Positions 17,178-26,153 of a stretch of DNA of 64,000 bases are shown in pieces. The stretch covers positions 3,180-67,179 of the forward strand of contig CAIOAT010000024.1 in assembly GCA_903856085.1 (NCBI GenBank), in the 5' to 3' direction. The notes under the pieces are model-generated. The model was not told the DNA's origin, searched no databases, and saw nothing but the letters and a program-made list of their open reading frames with translations. Within the stretch, counting starts at the first letter, position 1; each line of letters opens with the position of its first letter. This stretch comes from Candidatus Omnitrophota bacterium (GTDB taxonomy: Bacteria; Omnitrophota; Omnitrophia; Omnitrophales; Aquincolibacteriaceae). Position numbers and translations under genes: made by a program.

Positions 17178-18872
17178 TTACTCCTGACTTGAAACGCGAA
17201 GCACTTCCTCAAGCGTGGTCACCCCAGACTTGAAGAGTCCTAGGGCGTTCTCGAAGAGGGTTTCCATACCCTTTTCAACGGCAACCTGGTGAATAACATT
17301 ACTCGATTTTTTTTGGATCACAAGCTCTCGGATATCCGGATCCACGAGCAGCACCTCACTCGCACCGGTCCTTCCGAAATATCCAGTCATGTTGCACTTG
17401 ATACAACCCTTCCCACGGAAGGGCGCGATCTTATCCAATTCCGATTTAGAAAGCTTACAACGAAGGAGCACATCCGCCGGAATGGTGGCCGGCGACCGAC
17501 AGCTCGGGCAGATTTTTCTGAGTAGACGCTGCGCCCCGACGCATACCACTGAGGACGCGATCAAAAAAGGCTCCACGCCCATATCCATAAGACGCGTCAT
17601 CGCGCCGGCGGCGCTGTTCGTATGAAGCGTGCTAAACACCAGATGCCCGGTAAGCGCGGCCTTCACCGCGATATCCGCAGTCTCCGAGTCGCGGATCTCC
17701 CCCACCAACACGATGTCCGGACTTTGTCGAAGCAAGGCACGAAGACCACTCGCGAACGTCAGCCCGATCTCTGGCTGCACCTGAGTCTGAGTAATCCCTT
17801 CGACTTGATATTCGATAGGATCCTCCACGGTCATTAAATTCTTTTGCGGCGTGTTCAGTGAATTCAGGATCGAATAAAGCGTCGTGGATTTTCCGCTACC
17901 TGTTGGCCCGGTCACCAGGATCATCCCATAAGGCTTCTTGACCGCTTCGGCAAGAGCGCGGGTCGGCTTCTCCGTAAAGCCGAGCTTATCAAGTCCCGCC
18001 CGGATCCCGCTTCGGTCCAAGACGCGCAGCACCAGCTTCTCGCCGAAATAGGTCGGCAACACAGAGACACGAAAATCAATCTGCCGGTCCTTGAGCAGCA
18101 ACCGGAACCGCCCATCCTGGGGCAGACGTTTTTCAGTAATATCCAAGAGAGAAATGATCTTGGTACGCGCCACGAGAGCCGGATAAAGCTCCAATGTATG
18201 GGAGAACGATTCTTTTAAAGCTCCATCGACACGGTACCGGATACGAAATTCTTTTTCATAAGGCTCAAAGTGAATATCGGAAGCGCGGGCTTTCAGCGCT
18301 TTTTCAAGAATAAAATTGACCATCTTGATGACCGGCGCGTCATCCACGCCGACCTGTACGACGGAGGACGCCTCCTTCTCATCTTCATTCACAAGTTCCA
18401 GGCTATCGGCATCCTTCTCAGAGATAAATTCAGAAAAATTTTTACTTTCTGCGTAATAGTCGTCCACGGCGGCAGCAATCCGGGCGGGAGTGGCCAACAC
18501 AAGGTTCACGTCACATCCTGTCAGATGCTTGATATCATCGAAGGTCCGTAATTTAAACGGATCGCTTGTAGCCACCGTCACAAGCTTTCCGATGCGCCCC
18601 ACCGGAAAAGCCTGATGCTGTTCGATGAATTTCCGGGGAAGCATCCGCAGGACTTCATTGTCGAACTGCATCCCGTGAAGGTTCAGCGTGGGGATCTCAA
18701 GCTGAGCGCTCAAAAAATCCATAACCTCTTCTTCCGGAAGGATCTTTTCTTCGAGAATAATTTTTATAGTGCTTTCATTGCGTTTCTGAGCGACCTGGCC
18801 CAAGCGATCACACTCCTCTTCAGAAAGCCCCAGTTTTTTCACCCACGTCCGAACGATCTTTTTGTCGATCAT
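17178..18872 (-). CDS. pilB: Type IV pilus assembly ATPase PilB/GspE family (paralog 2)
   Basis: 564 aa; Walker A GPTGSGKSTTLYS, Asp box, Walker B and His box, tetracysteine motif CPSC...CIKC, N-terminal GSPII domain. Length indicates PilB-type, not PilT. Confidence 0.85.
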   Translation of the reverse strand: MIDKKIVRTWVKKLGLSEEECDRLGQVAQKRNESTIKIILEEKILPEEEVMDFLSAQLEIPTLNLHGMQFDNEVLRMLPRKFIEQHQAFPVGRIGKLVTVATSDPFKLRTFDDIKHLTGCDVNLVLATPARIAAAVDDYYAESKNFSEFISEKDADSLELVNEDEKEASSVVQVGVDDAPVIKMVNFILEKALKARASDIHFEPYEKEFRIRYRVDGALKESFSHTLELYPALVARTKIISLLDITEKRLPQDGRFRLLLKDRQIDFRVSVLPTYFGEKLVLRVLDRSGIRAGLDKLGFTEKPTRALAEAVKKPYGMILVTGPTGSGKSTTLYSILNSLNTPQKNLMTVEDPIEYQVEGITQTQVQPEIGLTFASGLRALLRQSPDIVLVGEIRDSETADIAVKAALTGHLVFSTLHTNSAAGAMTRLMDMGVEPFLIASSVVCVGAQRLLRKICPSCRSPATIPADVLLRCKLSKSELDKIAPFRGKGCIKCNMTGYFGRTGASEVLLVDPDIRELVIQKKSSNVIHQVAVEKGMETLFENALGLFKSGVTTLEEVLRVSSQE

Positions 18873-20638
18873 GGGGCACCGCCTCCGGGCTTCGCGCCGA
18901 CATCCGCGATCGTGACGCGAAAAACCTCATCGAGCGATGTTTCACCCGCCAGCGCCTTTTGGATCGCTGATTCTCGCAAGGTGTTCATCCCGTGCTCCCG
19001 GGCCCTCTCTTTAATGAGATCCGCGGACGCTCCTTGCATGATCATATCCAGAATATCCGGTTTCATTTCGAGGATCTCAGTGATCACGCTCCTGCCCTGA
19101 TAGCCCAGCTGGCGACACTGCGAACAGCCCTTGGCTTTCCAAAGCTGTATCTTTTTTTTCGGGTCTAAATTCAGGAATTTATACATATCAGGTTCGAGAT
19201 CGTATGCGACGCGACAACGCGGGCAGAGACGACGCACCAGCCGCTGGGCCGAGATCATTAGAACGGTCGACGCGATCAGGAACGGCTCAAGTCCAAGATT
19301 CGCCATGCGGGTCACGGAACTCACCGCGTCGTTGGTGTGGAGCGTGCTCAGAACAAGGTGGCCCGTCAGCGCGGCCTTCACGGCGATATCGAGCGTTTCC
19401 GCATCACGGATCTCTCCGATCAAAATAATGTCGGGATCCTGGCGCAAGATCGAACGTAGAGCCGCGGGAAATGTCAGCCCTATGGATTCGCGGACATTGA
19501 CCTGATTGATCCCGGACATCTGATACTCCACAGGATCCTCAACCGTTGTAATATTTACCTGCGGGGAATCCAAGTATTTGAGGACCGAATAAAGCGTAGT
19601 TGTTTTTCCGCTTCCGGTCGGTCCGGTCACAAGGATCATCCCATGCGGCTTCTTGGCCGAAGCCCGTATCACGCTCTGCTCCGTCTCTGTAAAACCGAGC
19701 TTTTGGATATCATGCGACTGAGCCCCAGTATCCAAAATGCGCAAGCAGACTTTCTCGCCGAAGCTGGACGGCAAGATAGAAACGCGCATGTCCACTTCCC
19801 GACCCTGCGTCCTGACTTTGAAACGGCCATCCTGGGGAACGCGGTGTTCCGCGATATTGAGCTGGCTCATGATCTTAACGCGGGAAACGATGGCGGCGCC
19901 AAAACTCTTTTGCGGTTTTACGATCTCCTCAAGGATTCCGTCAATGCGCATACGGATCCGGACAAAACCTTCCCAGGGTTCAATAAAAATATCACTCGCC
20001 CGGCGACGCACCCCCTCCACGAGCACCATATTGACAAGTTTCACGACCGGCGCCTGATTGGCCTGTTCCATGAGATCCGCGACCTTCTGCTGCTTATCCA
20101 GGGTCGCCTCACTTTCAACCATATTGGCAAGACTTACGAGATCTTCGGCACCCTCATCCAAAACAGGCTCTTCCGAGACACTGACCTCTCCCTGATAGGA
20201 TTTCTGTATGTATTCCTTGAGCTGAGAGTATTCCGCCACCGAAGTCCTGATGCGTTTTCCGGTAATCGCCTGAAGTTCATCCAAAACTTTTATGTTGGTG
20301 GGATTCGCCACCGCAACCGTCAAAGTCTTTTCAAGTAAGGATATCGGGAGGCACCCATAAGCCTCTGCGGTTTTCTTGGAAACGAGCTTTAGAACTTCTT
20401 TGTCAATGATCAGCATTTTGAGACTGACGAGACGATAACCGTATTCCTCACAAAGAACGCTCACGAGTTTTTTTTCGTCGCATTTCCCGGCCTGTTGAAG
20501 TATGTCTAGAAAATGCAGTTTGTTGGAGCTCTTGACCTGTTCCTGGAGTGCTTGTTGGAGATCGGCAGAGCTGACGACTCCCGCCCGCAGAAGAGCTTCT
20601 TTAAGATCCGGCAATGACGTTCGCATGGGTTCTGTCAT
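18869..20638 (-). CDS. pilB: Type IV pilus assembly ATPase PilB/GspE family (paralog 1)
   Basis: 589 aa; Walker A GPTGSGKTTTLYS, tetracysteine CPRC...CSQC, N-terminal GSPII-like domain. 4-nt overlap with paralog 2. Confidence 0.85.
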   Translation of the reverse strand: MTEPMRTSLPDLKEALLRAGVVSSADLQQALQEQVKSSNKLHFLDILQQAGKCDEKKLVSVLCEEYGYRLVSLKMLIIDKEVLKLVSKKTAEAYGCLPISLLEKTLTVAVANPTNIKVLDELQAITGKRIRTSVAEYSQLKEYIQKSYQGEVSVSEEPVLDEGAEDLVSLANMVESEATLDKQQKVADLMEQANQAPVVKLVNMVLVEGVRRRASDIFIEPWEGFVRIRMRIDGILEEIVKPQKSFGAAIVSRVKIMSQLNIAEHRVPQDGRFKVRTQGREVDMRVSILPSSFGEKVCLRILDTGAQSHDIQKLGFTETEQSVIRASAKKPHGMILVTGPTGSGKTTTLYSVLKYLDSPQVNITTVEDPVEYQMSGINQVNVRESIGLTFPAALRSILRQDPDIILIGEIRDAETLDIAVKAALTGHLVLSTLHTNDAVSSVTRMANLGLEPFLIASTVLMISAQRLVRRLCPRCRVAYDLEPDMYKFLNLDPKKKIQLWKAKGCSQCRQLGYQGRSVITEILEMKPDILDMIMQGASADLIKERAREHGMNTLRESAIQKALAGETSLDEVFRVTIADVGAKPGGGAP

Positions 20639-20688
20639 GATCGCCTGCTCGTCAGAGCTGCCTGACGGCTTATTTTAAAAATGAACTT

Positions 20689-20793
20689 TTCCATCAGGGC
20701 GCCTGATTTTTCTATTAAAAAAAATGCCGGGAAATCAGCGCAGTCCTGATGGCCCCTTGGAGAAATAAACAAATCCATCAGGGCGCCTCGTGA
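20689..20793. promoter_or_regulatory. Repeated palindromic motif upstream of the pilB start
   Basis: TCCATCAGGGCGCCT occurs twice (20689-20706 and 20773-20793). The first copy contains the palindrome ATCAGG-GCG-CCTGAT. A third related palindrome ATCAG-N7-CTGAT lies at 20733-20751. Confidence 0.3.
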
Positions 20794-21221
20794 TAGATAA
20801 AATAGATTGCATTCAGGATCTCAGAGATCCGGGAAAGAAACACCTGGGGAATGCGGCCCGTCAGCGTCCGGATCTTTTCAACAACTGCGTCCCCCAAGGG
20901 ATCCGCCACCGCGACATAAACCTTCTTCGCATCACAATCGAACGCCACCACCATATTCTCGTGGCAGAAATCCGCATTCAGCATACTAGCCATGTCGGGA
21001 TTGATCGCATAGTTCTTGAGCGGAAGATACGGGATTTTGAACTGTTTGCCGAGAGCACCAATCAAATGCTCCTCGTCCACGAACTTCTTCTCAATGAGGA
21101 TCCTTCCGATCAAGCCGCCTTTTTCCTTCTGATAGGCAAGGGCTTCCTCCAGATGAGCTTTGGATAAAAGCCCATCTTCGATCAAGATCTCTCCGATTTT
21201 TCTCTTTATTTTTGGAATCAT
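20778..21221 (-). CDS. Standalone MshEN-like (T2SS-E N-terminal) domain protein, predicted c-di-GMP receptor
   Basis: 147 aa; tandem 24-residue motifs RKIGEILIEDGLLSKAHLEEALAYQ and LIGRILIEKKFVDEEHLIGALGKQ separated by 5 residues. They fit the c-di-GMP-binding signature RLGxxLLxxG(I/F)(L/V)xxxxLxxxLxxQ. Confidence 0.55.
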   Translation of the reverse strand: MIPKIKRKIGEILIEDGLLSKAHLEEALAYQKEKGGLIGRILIEKKFVDEEHLIGALGKQFKIPYLPLKNYAINPDMASMLNADFCHENMVVAFDCDAKKVYVAVADPLGDAVVEKIRTLTGRIPQVFLSRISEILNAIYFIYHEAP

Positions 21222-21319
21222 TTCGTTCCTTGTTTAATTTCCTTATCTATAAGTAACGGCACATGTTGCAAAGAATTTTGCGTTTTTTGTCCTCCGTGGC
21301 CAAACCATAAATCAGAAGG

Positions 21320-22003
21320 TCAGAAAAATCTCTGGAGAGGACACCCTTCACACCGAGGAACCTTCCGACAATGTTCCTTCCCCGTCCGAACGATCTGAGC
21401 ATGAAAATCATTATAAAGGTCCAGGCTTTTCGGCAACGCCCATGTAAAGATCTCACGCCATCGATGGTAAGTTTCATGCCCCTTGACCAATCCGTGCCTT
21501 GAGAAGATTCTTTGGGTGTAAGCGTCGATCACAAACGATGTCTTGCCGAGAGCATAGACAAGGATGGAATCCGCGGTCTCCGGCCCTACTCCTTTCACGG
21601 CAAGAAGTTTGTCGCGAAGCACCGGCATCGTGCTCCGTTTCAGTTCCGAAAGATCGCCTCCACATTCGCGATCCAGGAAAGCCATAAAACATTTAAGCCG
21701 GTCCGCTTTGATATTGAAATATCCAGCCGGTCGTATCAGCTGCGCAAGTTTTTCTTTAGAAATGCGGCGCAGCGCAGCGAATGAAAGCTTCTTGGCTTTT
21801 TTGAGATTCAAAATAGCCTTTTCGACGTTCGTCCAGGCCGTGTTCTGCGTAAGGATCGCCCCGACCATAACCTCAAAAGGGGTATCCCCCGGCCACCACT
21901 TCTGATGACCGTATGCCTTCCTCAATGCCGCATAGACTCGAAGAAGCTGTGAAGCTTTAAGCCGATTCTTTTTTTGACAGAGGATAGGTTCTGAGGATCT
22001 CAT
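21320..22003 (-). CDS. Endonuclease III-like HhH-GPD base-excision DNA glycosylase family protein
   Basis: HhH-GPD core (LLAVKGVGPETADSILVYALG ... VIDAYTQRI). Start placed at the internal ATG at 22003 (MRSSEP...). The ORF-track start 22081 would overlap thpR by 125 nt. Confidence 0.65.
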   Translation of the reverse strand: MRSSEPILCQKKNRLKASQLLRVYAALRKAYGHQKWWPGDTPFEVMVGAILTQNTAWTNVEKAILNLKKAKKLSFAALRRISKEKLAQLIRPAGYFNIKADRLKCFMAFLDRECGGDLSELKRSTMPVLRDKLLAVKGVGPETADSILVYALGKTSFVIDAYTQRIFSRHGLVKGHETYHRWREIFTWALPKSLDLYNDFHAQIVRTGKEHCRKVPRCEGCPLQRFF

Positions 22004-22562
22004 AGCGAACGCCTTCCGGAAGGTTGTGACTTTGAAAAAGAACAAAATGGTCTGCGATTTTCTCCGGAGTCGGCCATGCAAACGGGACTTTCGCCAAGAG
22101 AGGCTTCAAATCCTGACTCTTTCGTTTAACACGCCCGATCGTCACATGCGGTTGGAACGGCCTTGCCTCGGTTTTAAATCCAAGCGTCCGAACCTCCCCT
22201 TGAAGAGCCTTCTGTAAAGACAGAAGCCGGCCGGTAGGTTCCTCAACACCCAACCAGACAAGATCCGGTCTTTCAAGACTTGGAAATCCGCCGATCCGGT
22301 CCAAGCGCAATTTGAGCGGCGAAAAAAGCGACGCTACTTTTCTTGAAGAAAGATGGATCAGCTCGATCTCAGCAGCAGAAACGGGACCGAAAAAATGAAG
22401 GGTCAGATGAACTTGCCGGGGCTCGACCCATCGAACACCGGGGATCTCGCGACGAAGTGGGCGGAGAATATTCTCCATCTCTTGACGGTAGATCCCGTGG
22501 AGTGGGATCGCAAGAAACACCCGCGCCGGAGCTTTTTTTAACGGATCTTCCGCCATAGACAT
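21957..22562 (-). CDS. thpR: RNA 2',3'-cyclic phosphodiesterase (2'-5' RNA ligase, LigT/ThpR family)
   Basis: 201 aa; two HxT/Sx motifs of the 2H phosphoesterase fold (HLTLHFFG and HVTIGRV). Confidence 0.75.
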   Translation of the reverse strand: MSMAEDPLKKAPARVFLAIPLHGIYRQEMENILRPLRREIPGVRWVEPRQVHLTLHFFGPVSAAEIELIHLSSRKVASLFSPLKLRLDRIGGFPSLERPDLVWLGVEEPTGRLLSLQKALQGEVRTLGFKTEARPFQPHVTIGRVKRKSQDLKPLLAKVPFAWPTPEKIADHFVLFQSHNLPEGVRYEILRTYPLSKKESA

Positions 22563-23758
22563 TCAAGCGCTTTCGTTGCAGCCTTGTCCTGGACCTGATG
22601 GCGCTCTCCCCAAAAAGTATGCTTCCAAGTCCGGACCGTTCCGTCGGGAGATGCAAGACCTATATAAACAAGACCGATCGGCTTTTTGGAACTGCCGCCG
22701 CCGGGCCCGGCGATTCCTGTAATGCCAAGGCCGAAACTTGAATCCATCCGAGTACGAACCGATCTCGCGAGCTGGAGAGCGACTTGAGCGGAAACCTCTC
22801 CGTGTTTCTTAATGAGCTTTTCCGGAACGCCAAGATTCGTTTTCACGGTTGCATGATACGCGACCACTCCCCCGCGAAAAAAGAAACTAGCGCCTGGACA
22901 GGCGGTAATCCGCGAAGCCAAAAGCCCGCCCGTGCAGCTTTCCGCGACAGCAAGCGTTTGCTTTTTTTTCGTCAGGATCTTTCCGATTACCACAGACAGA
23001 GGCGTTTCATCCCAGCCGTAGATCCGGTCCTTGAGCCGTGTCGCGATCTTCTTTTTGAGCCGACTGAGAACATCCGCTTGATCCACAAGAATTCGGATCG
23101 CGATTTCTCCGGCCGAGGGATAGATCCCAAAATCGAACCGATCCTCAAAAAAATCTTTCCCGAGTTTTTTCATCACATCCGGCTCCGAAATACCGGCCAT
23201 CCGCACGATCAGCCTCCGGCACTTAAAAAGATCCCCATATTTCTTCTTTAGAAACGGAAGCACCACATCAAAATACATATTCTGAAGCTCTGAGGGAACA
23301 CCGGGAAGCGCGATCGCGATCTTTGCCCCGATCTCGATCGAGAATCCAAGAGCGATCCCAAAACGATTAATGAGGGGCTTCGCATTCTCGGGATAAAACG
23401 CTTCGCGCTTCACAAGCGGAGGCACGCACTTGCCGTAACGCTTGTAGACCTTTTGGAGGCGTCTGTACTGTTGGGCTGAAAAAACAAGAGGGACTTTAAA
23501 ATGCGCGGCAATACCTTCACGGGTCACATCATCGGGCGTCGGCCCGAGCCCACCCATCATGATAACGAGATCCACGCGACGGAGAACTTCGCCAAGCCGG
23601 AAACGGATCGCTTCCTGCGAATCCGCGCAAACGCCGTGAGAGATGACCTCGAACCCAAGACTTGAGAGCTCACGTCCGAGAAACGCGGCATTGGTGTTAA
23701 CTACACTCCCGCGCAAAACTTCATTCCCGATCGAAAGGATCGCTGCGGTAGGCTTCAT
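22538..23758 (-). CDS. cinA: CinA family protein (competence/damage-inducible; NMN amidohydrolase-type)
   Basis: 406 aa; N-terminal MoCF-biosynthesis-like domain (AAILSIGNEVLRGSVVNTNAAFLGRELSSLGFEV) plus C-terminal CinA domain (AVAESCTGGLLASRIT). Confidence 0.85.
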   Translation of the reverse strand: MKPTAAILSIGNEVLRGSVVNTNAAFLGRELSSLGFEVISHGVCADSQEAIRFRLGEVLRRVDLVIMMGGLGPTPDDVTREGIAAHFKVPLVFSAQQYRRLQKVYKRYGKCVPPLVKREAFYPENAKPLINRFGIALGFSIEIGAKIAIALPGVPSELQNMYFDVVLPFLKKKYGDLFKCRRLIVRMAGISEPDVMKKLGKDFFEDRFDFGIYPSAGEIAIRILVDQADVLSRLKKKIATRLKDRIYGWDETPLSVVIGKILTKKKQTLAVAESCTGGLLASRITACPGASFFFRGGVVAYHATVKTNLGVPEKLIKKHGEVSAQVALQLARSVRTRMDSSFGLGITGIAGPGGGSSKKPIGLVYIGLASPDGTVRTWKHTFWGERHQVQDKAATKALECLWRKIR

Positions 23759-24768
23759 TTAAAGATCGCGAACAAAATGATCCAGGCGTAGAGCCCGGCG
23801 CCCAGATCGTCGGCCATAATACCCCAGTAACGCGGGATACGTTCAAGTGACCGCACGGGGAAAGGTTTAAACACATCAAAAGCGCGAAACAACACGAAAC
23901 CCAGAATCGCGGAATACCAAGTCAGCGGGATCAGCATGAACGTTATAAAAATACCGCAGACCTCGTCGACCACGATGTATTGCGGGTCCGGATCCGGATC
24001 CGTGATCCGCTCATACGCCAAAGCGCCCCACACGACCAAAAACACAAAAACCGCCCCGTAAAGTCCGCCACTCCACCTCGTCAGGAAAACCAGAAACACG
24101 CCAAGCAAACTTCCCCATGTCCCGGGAGCAATCGGGAACAACCCAACGCCCACCGCGAGAACGAACTTATTGAAGGCTTCGGATCCAAAATGAGCCCGTT
24201 GGTTCCAGAGGAACATGCCTCCGGAGATAAGCGTCAACGCGACGGTCGTGATCAAGAGGATTGGAAGAAGAAAATGGAGAATACCCGTCACCGCATCCAA
24301 CGAGGGATAAGGGTTCATTAGTAAATACACAAACGCGATCCAAACCGTGACCGTCTGAAAACCGAATTTCAGCTTCCCCATCATCTCCGCACCCAAGGAC
24401 TTCCCTTCGAGAAGCCATCCCGTCCGGCAAAACGTCACCAGGATCTCACGAATAAAGATCGGGACCACCCACCAAATGGAATAAAAATGAAGCGTGGCAA
24501 AGGTGGCCATCGGCGCCAAGATCAGGATCTTGTCATTAAAAGGGTCGATCCATCGCCCAAAGGCCGATTCAAGTTTGTACTGGCGGGCGATCCAGCCGTC
24601 GAAATAATCGGTGATCGCGCCAACCATGAACAAAATAAAGGCCCAGAGATGCGCCGACGGACTCGGCCGCAGGATCAAAAACGGCAGGGAAAGTCCGATG
24701 AAGCCCCGAGCAATGCTAAGCACGTTCGGGTTCAGAACGGAGTATTTATATTTGTCCCACAAGGTCAT
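23755..24768 (-). CDS. Fusion: CDP-alcohol phosphatidyltransferase (PgsA-like) + phosphatidylglycerophosphatase A (PgpA)
   Basis: N-terminal CDP-OH transferase motif DYFDGWIARQ...GRWIDPFNDK with multiple TMs. C-terminal PgpA signature PGTWGSLLGV ... DEVCG ... RAFDVFKPFP. Confidence 0.65.
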   Translation of the reverse strand: MTLWDKYKYSVLNPNVLSIARGFIGLSLPFLILRPSPSAHLWAFILFMVGAITDYFDGWIARQYKLESAFGRWIDPFNDKILILAPMATFATLHFYSIWWVVPIFIREILVTFCRTGWLLEGKSLGAEMMGKLKFGFQTVTVWIAFVYLLMNPYPSLDAVTGILHFLLPILLITTVALTLISGGMFLWNQRAHFGSEAFNKFVLAVGVGLFPIAPGTWGSLLGVFLVFLTRWSGGLYGAVFVFLVVWGALAYERITDPDPDPQYIVVDEVCGIFITFMLIPLTWYSAILGFVLFRAFDVFKPFPVRSLERIPRYWGIMADDLGAGLYAWIILFAIFK

Positions 24769-26083
24769 AGTCTTGAGTATCCGTGATCTTGACCGTATAA
24801 AATTTCCCGGCCGTTATTTCTCTTTGCGTTCGAATAAGAACACTCCCATCCACTTCCGGCGCGTCCATGGAGGAACGCCCAATCCATAAATTCGGATCTT
24901 TCTCATCCTGCGTTTCGACCAACACCCGCAGCTCCCTGCCCAGATACCGGCGATTGACTTCCCGCGCAATCTCCTGCTGCAACTGCATGGCCCGGTGATA
25001 ACGCTCCTCTTTGACCTTTTCAGGAACTTGGTCCGGGAATTCCGCCGCTGCAGAACCCTCTTCCTGGGAATACTGAAAAATCCCGAGACGCTCGAACTTC
25101 ATTTCGCGCATGAATGTCAGAAGCTCTTCGAAATCCTCGCCAGTCTCACCCGGAAAACCCACAATAAAGCTCGTCCGGATCACCACCTCAGGAATCATAA
25201 GCCGCAATTTTTGGACGAGCTCCACGGCCTGTTCCTTCGTATGGCCCCGCCTCATCGATTTGAGTATTTTATCACTAATATGCTGAAGCGGTAAGTCAAT
25301 GTAACGGCAGATCTTTCGGGACGCGCCAAAGGCCCTGATCATTTCATCCGTCAAGGTCGAAGGATAAGTATAAAGAAGCCTGATCCATTTGATCTCCCGA
25401 ACGGTCCCCAGCGCCTCCAGGAGTTGCGGCAAAAGAGATTTGCCGGCATAGTCCCATCCAAATCTTGTAATATCCTGACCGATCACGACGAGTTCCTTGG
25501 CACCCTCCTCGGCCAACCGCTTCGCCTCACGGACAAGATCCGCAATGTGACGGGAACGGTAGCGTCCGCGAAGTTTTGGAATCACACAAAACGAACAGGC
25601 ATGATCGCAACCTTCCGAGATCTTAAGATAACGAAAATGTTTGGGCGTCAGGGCGATTCGCGTTTCATCAGCCTCAGCAAGATAACCGGCCTTGTGGACC
25701 GTGACGAATTTCTGTCCGTCGGTCACCTTCTTCAGGACTTCTGCAATCCGCATATAATCCCCGGAACCGATGAAGGCATCAACTTCTGGAAATTCTTTCT
25801 GGAGTTCTTCCGCATAGCGCTGCACCAAACATCCCACCACGACCACCCCGAGCAGTTTCTTTTCCTTCTTCAACTCGAGTAGTTTCAGAAGCGCGTCGAT
25901 CGACTCCTCTTTGGCGGTTTGGATGAACCCGCAGGTATTAAGCAACACCACATCGCTTTGTTCGATATCCTGAGTAACCACGTACCGGGCGCCCTGGACT
26001 TTCCCGAGAATAACCTCGCTATCCACAAGTGTCTTGGGACATCCAAGCGACACGATGCTCACTCTGATCTTTTTTTCATTCAT
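24746..26083 (-). CDS. rimO: Ribosomal protein S12 methylthiotransferase RimO (MiaB-family radical SAM with TRAM domain)
   Basis: 445 aa; N-terminal MTTase domain with GCPKT motif, radical SAM CDHACSFC, C-terminal TRAM. Confidence 0.7.
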   Translation of the reverse strand: MNEKKIRVSIVSLGCPKTLVDSEVILGKVQGARYVVTQDIEQSDVVLLNTCGFIQTAKEESIDALLKLLELKKEKKLLGVVVVGCLVQRYAEELQKEFPEVDAFIGSGDYMRIAEVLKKVTDGQKFVTVHKAGYLAEADETRIALTPKHFRYLKISEGCDHACSFCVIPKLRGRYRSRHIADLVREAKRLAEEGAKELVVIGQDITRFGWDYAGKSLLPQLLEALGTVREIKWIRLLYTYPSTLTDEMIRAFGASRKICRYIDLPLQHISDKILKSMRRGHTKEQAVELVQKLRLMIPEVVIRTSFIVGFPGETGEDFEELLTFMREMKFERLGIFQYSQEEGSAAAEFPDQVPEKVKEERYHRAMQLQQEIAREVNRRYLGRELRVLVETQDEKDPNLWIGRSSMDAPEVDGSVLIRTQREITAGKFYTVKITDTQDYDLVGQI

Positions 26084-26093
26084 CCTGACGAAC

Positions 26094-26129
26094 CCTCAAA
26101 AAAAAGGGCGGGGAAAAAATCCCCGCCCT
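26094..26129 (-). terminator. Rho-independent terminator after the periplasmic protein gene
   Basis: Stem AAGGGCGGGG / CCCCGCCCTT with an AAAAAA loop. On the minus strand it is followed by a run of >=10 T. It separates the 26154-26735 gene from rimO. Confidence 0.65.
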
Positions 26130-26153
26130 TCAAATCTGTTTCTAAAAAAGGTC

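Noticed and set aside
19643-20338. 231-aa plus-strand ORF inside pilB paralog 1
   Set aside because: Antisense to a gene with intact Walker and zinc motifs.
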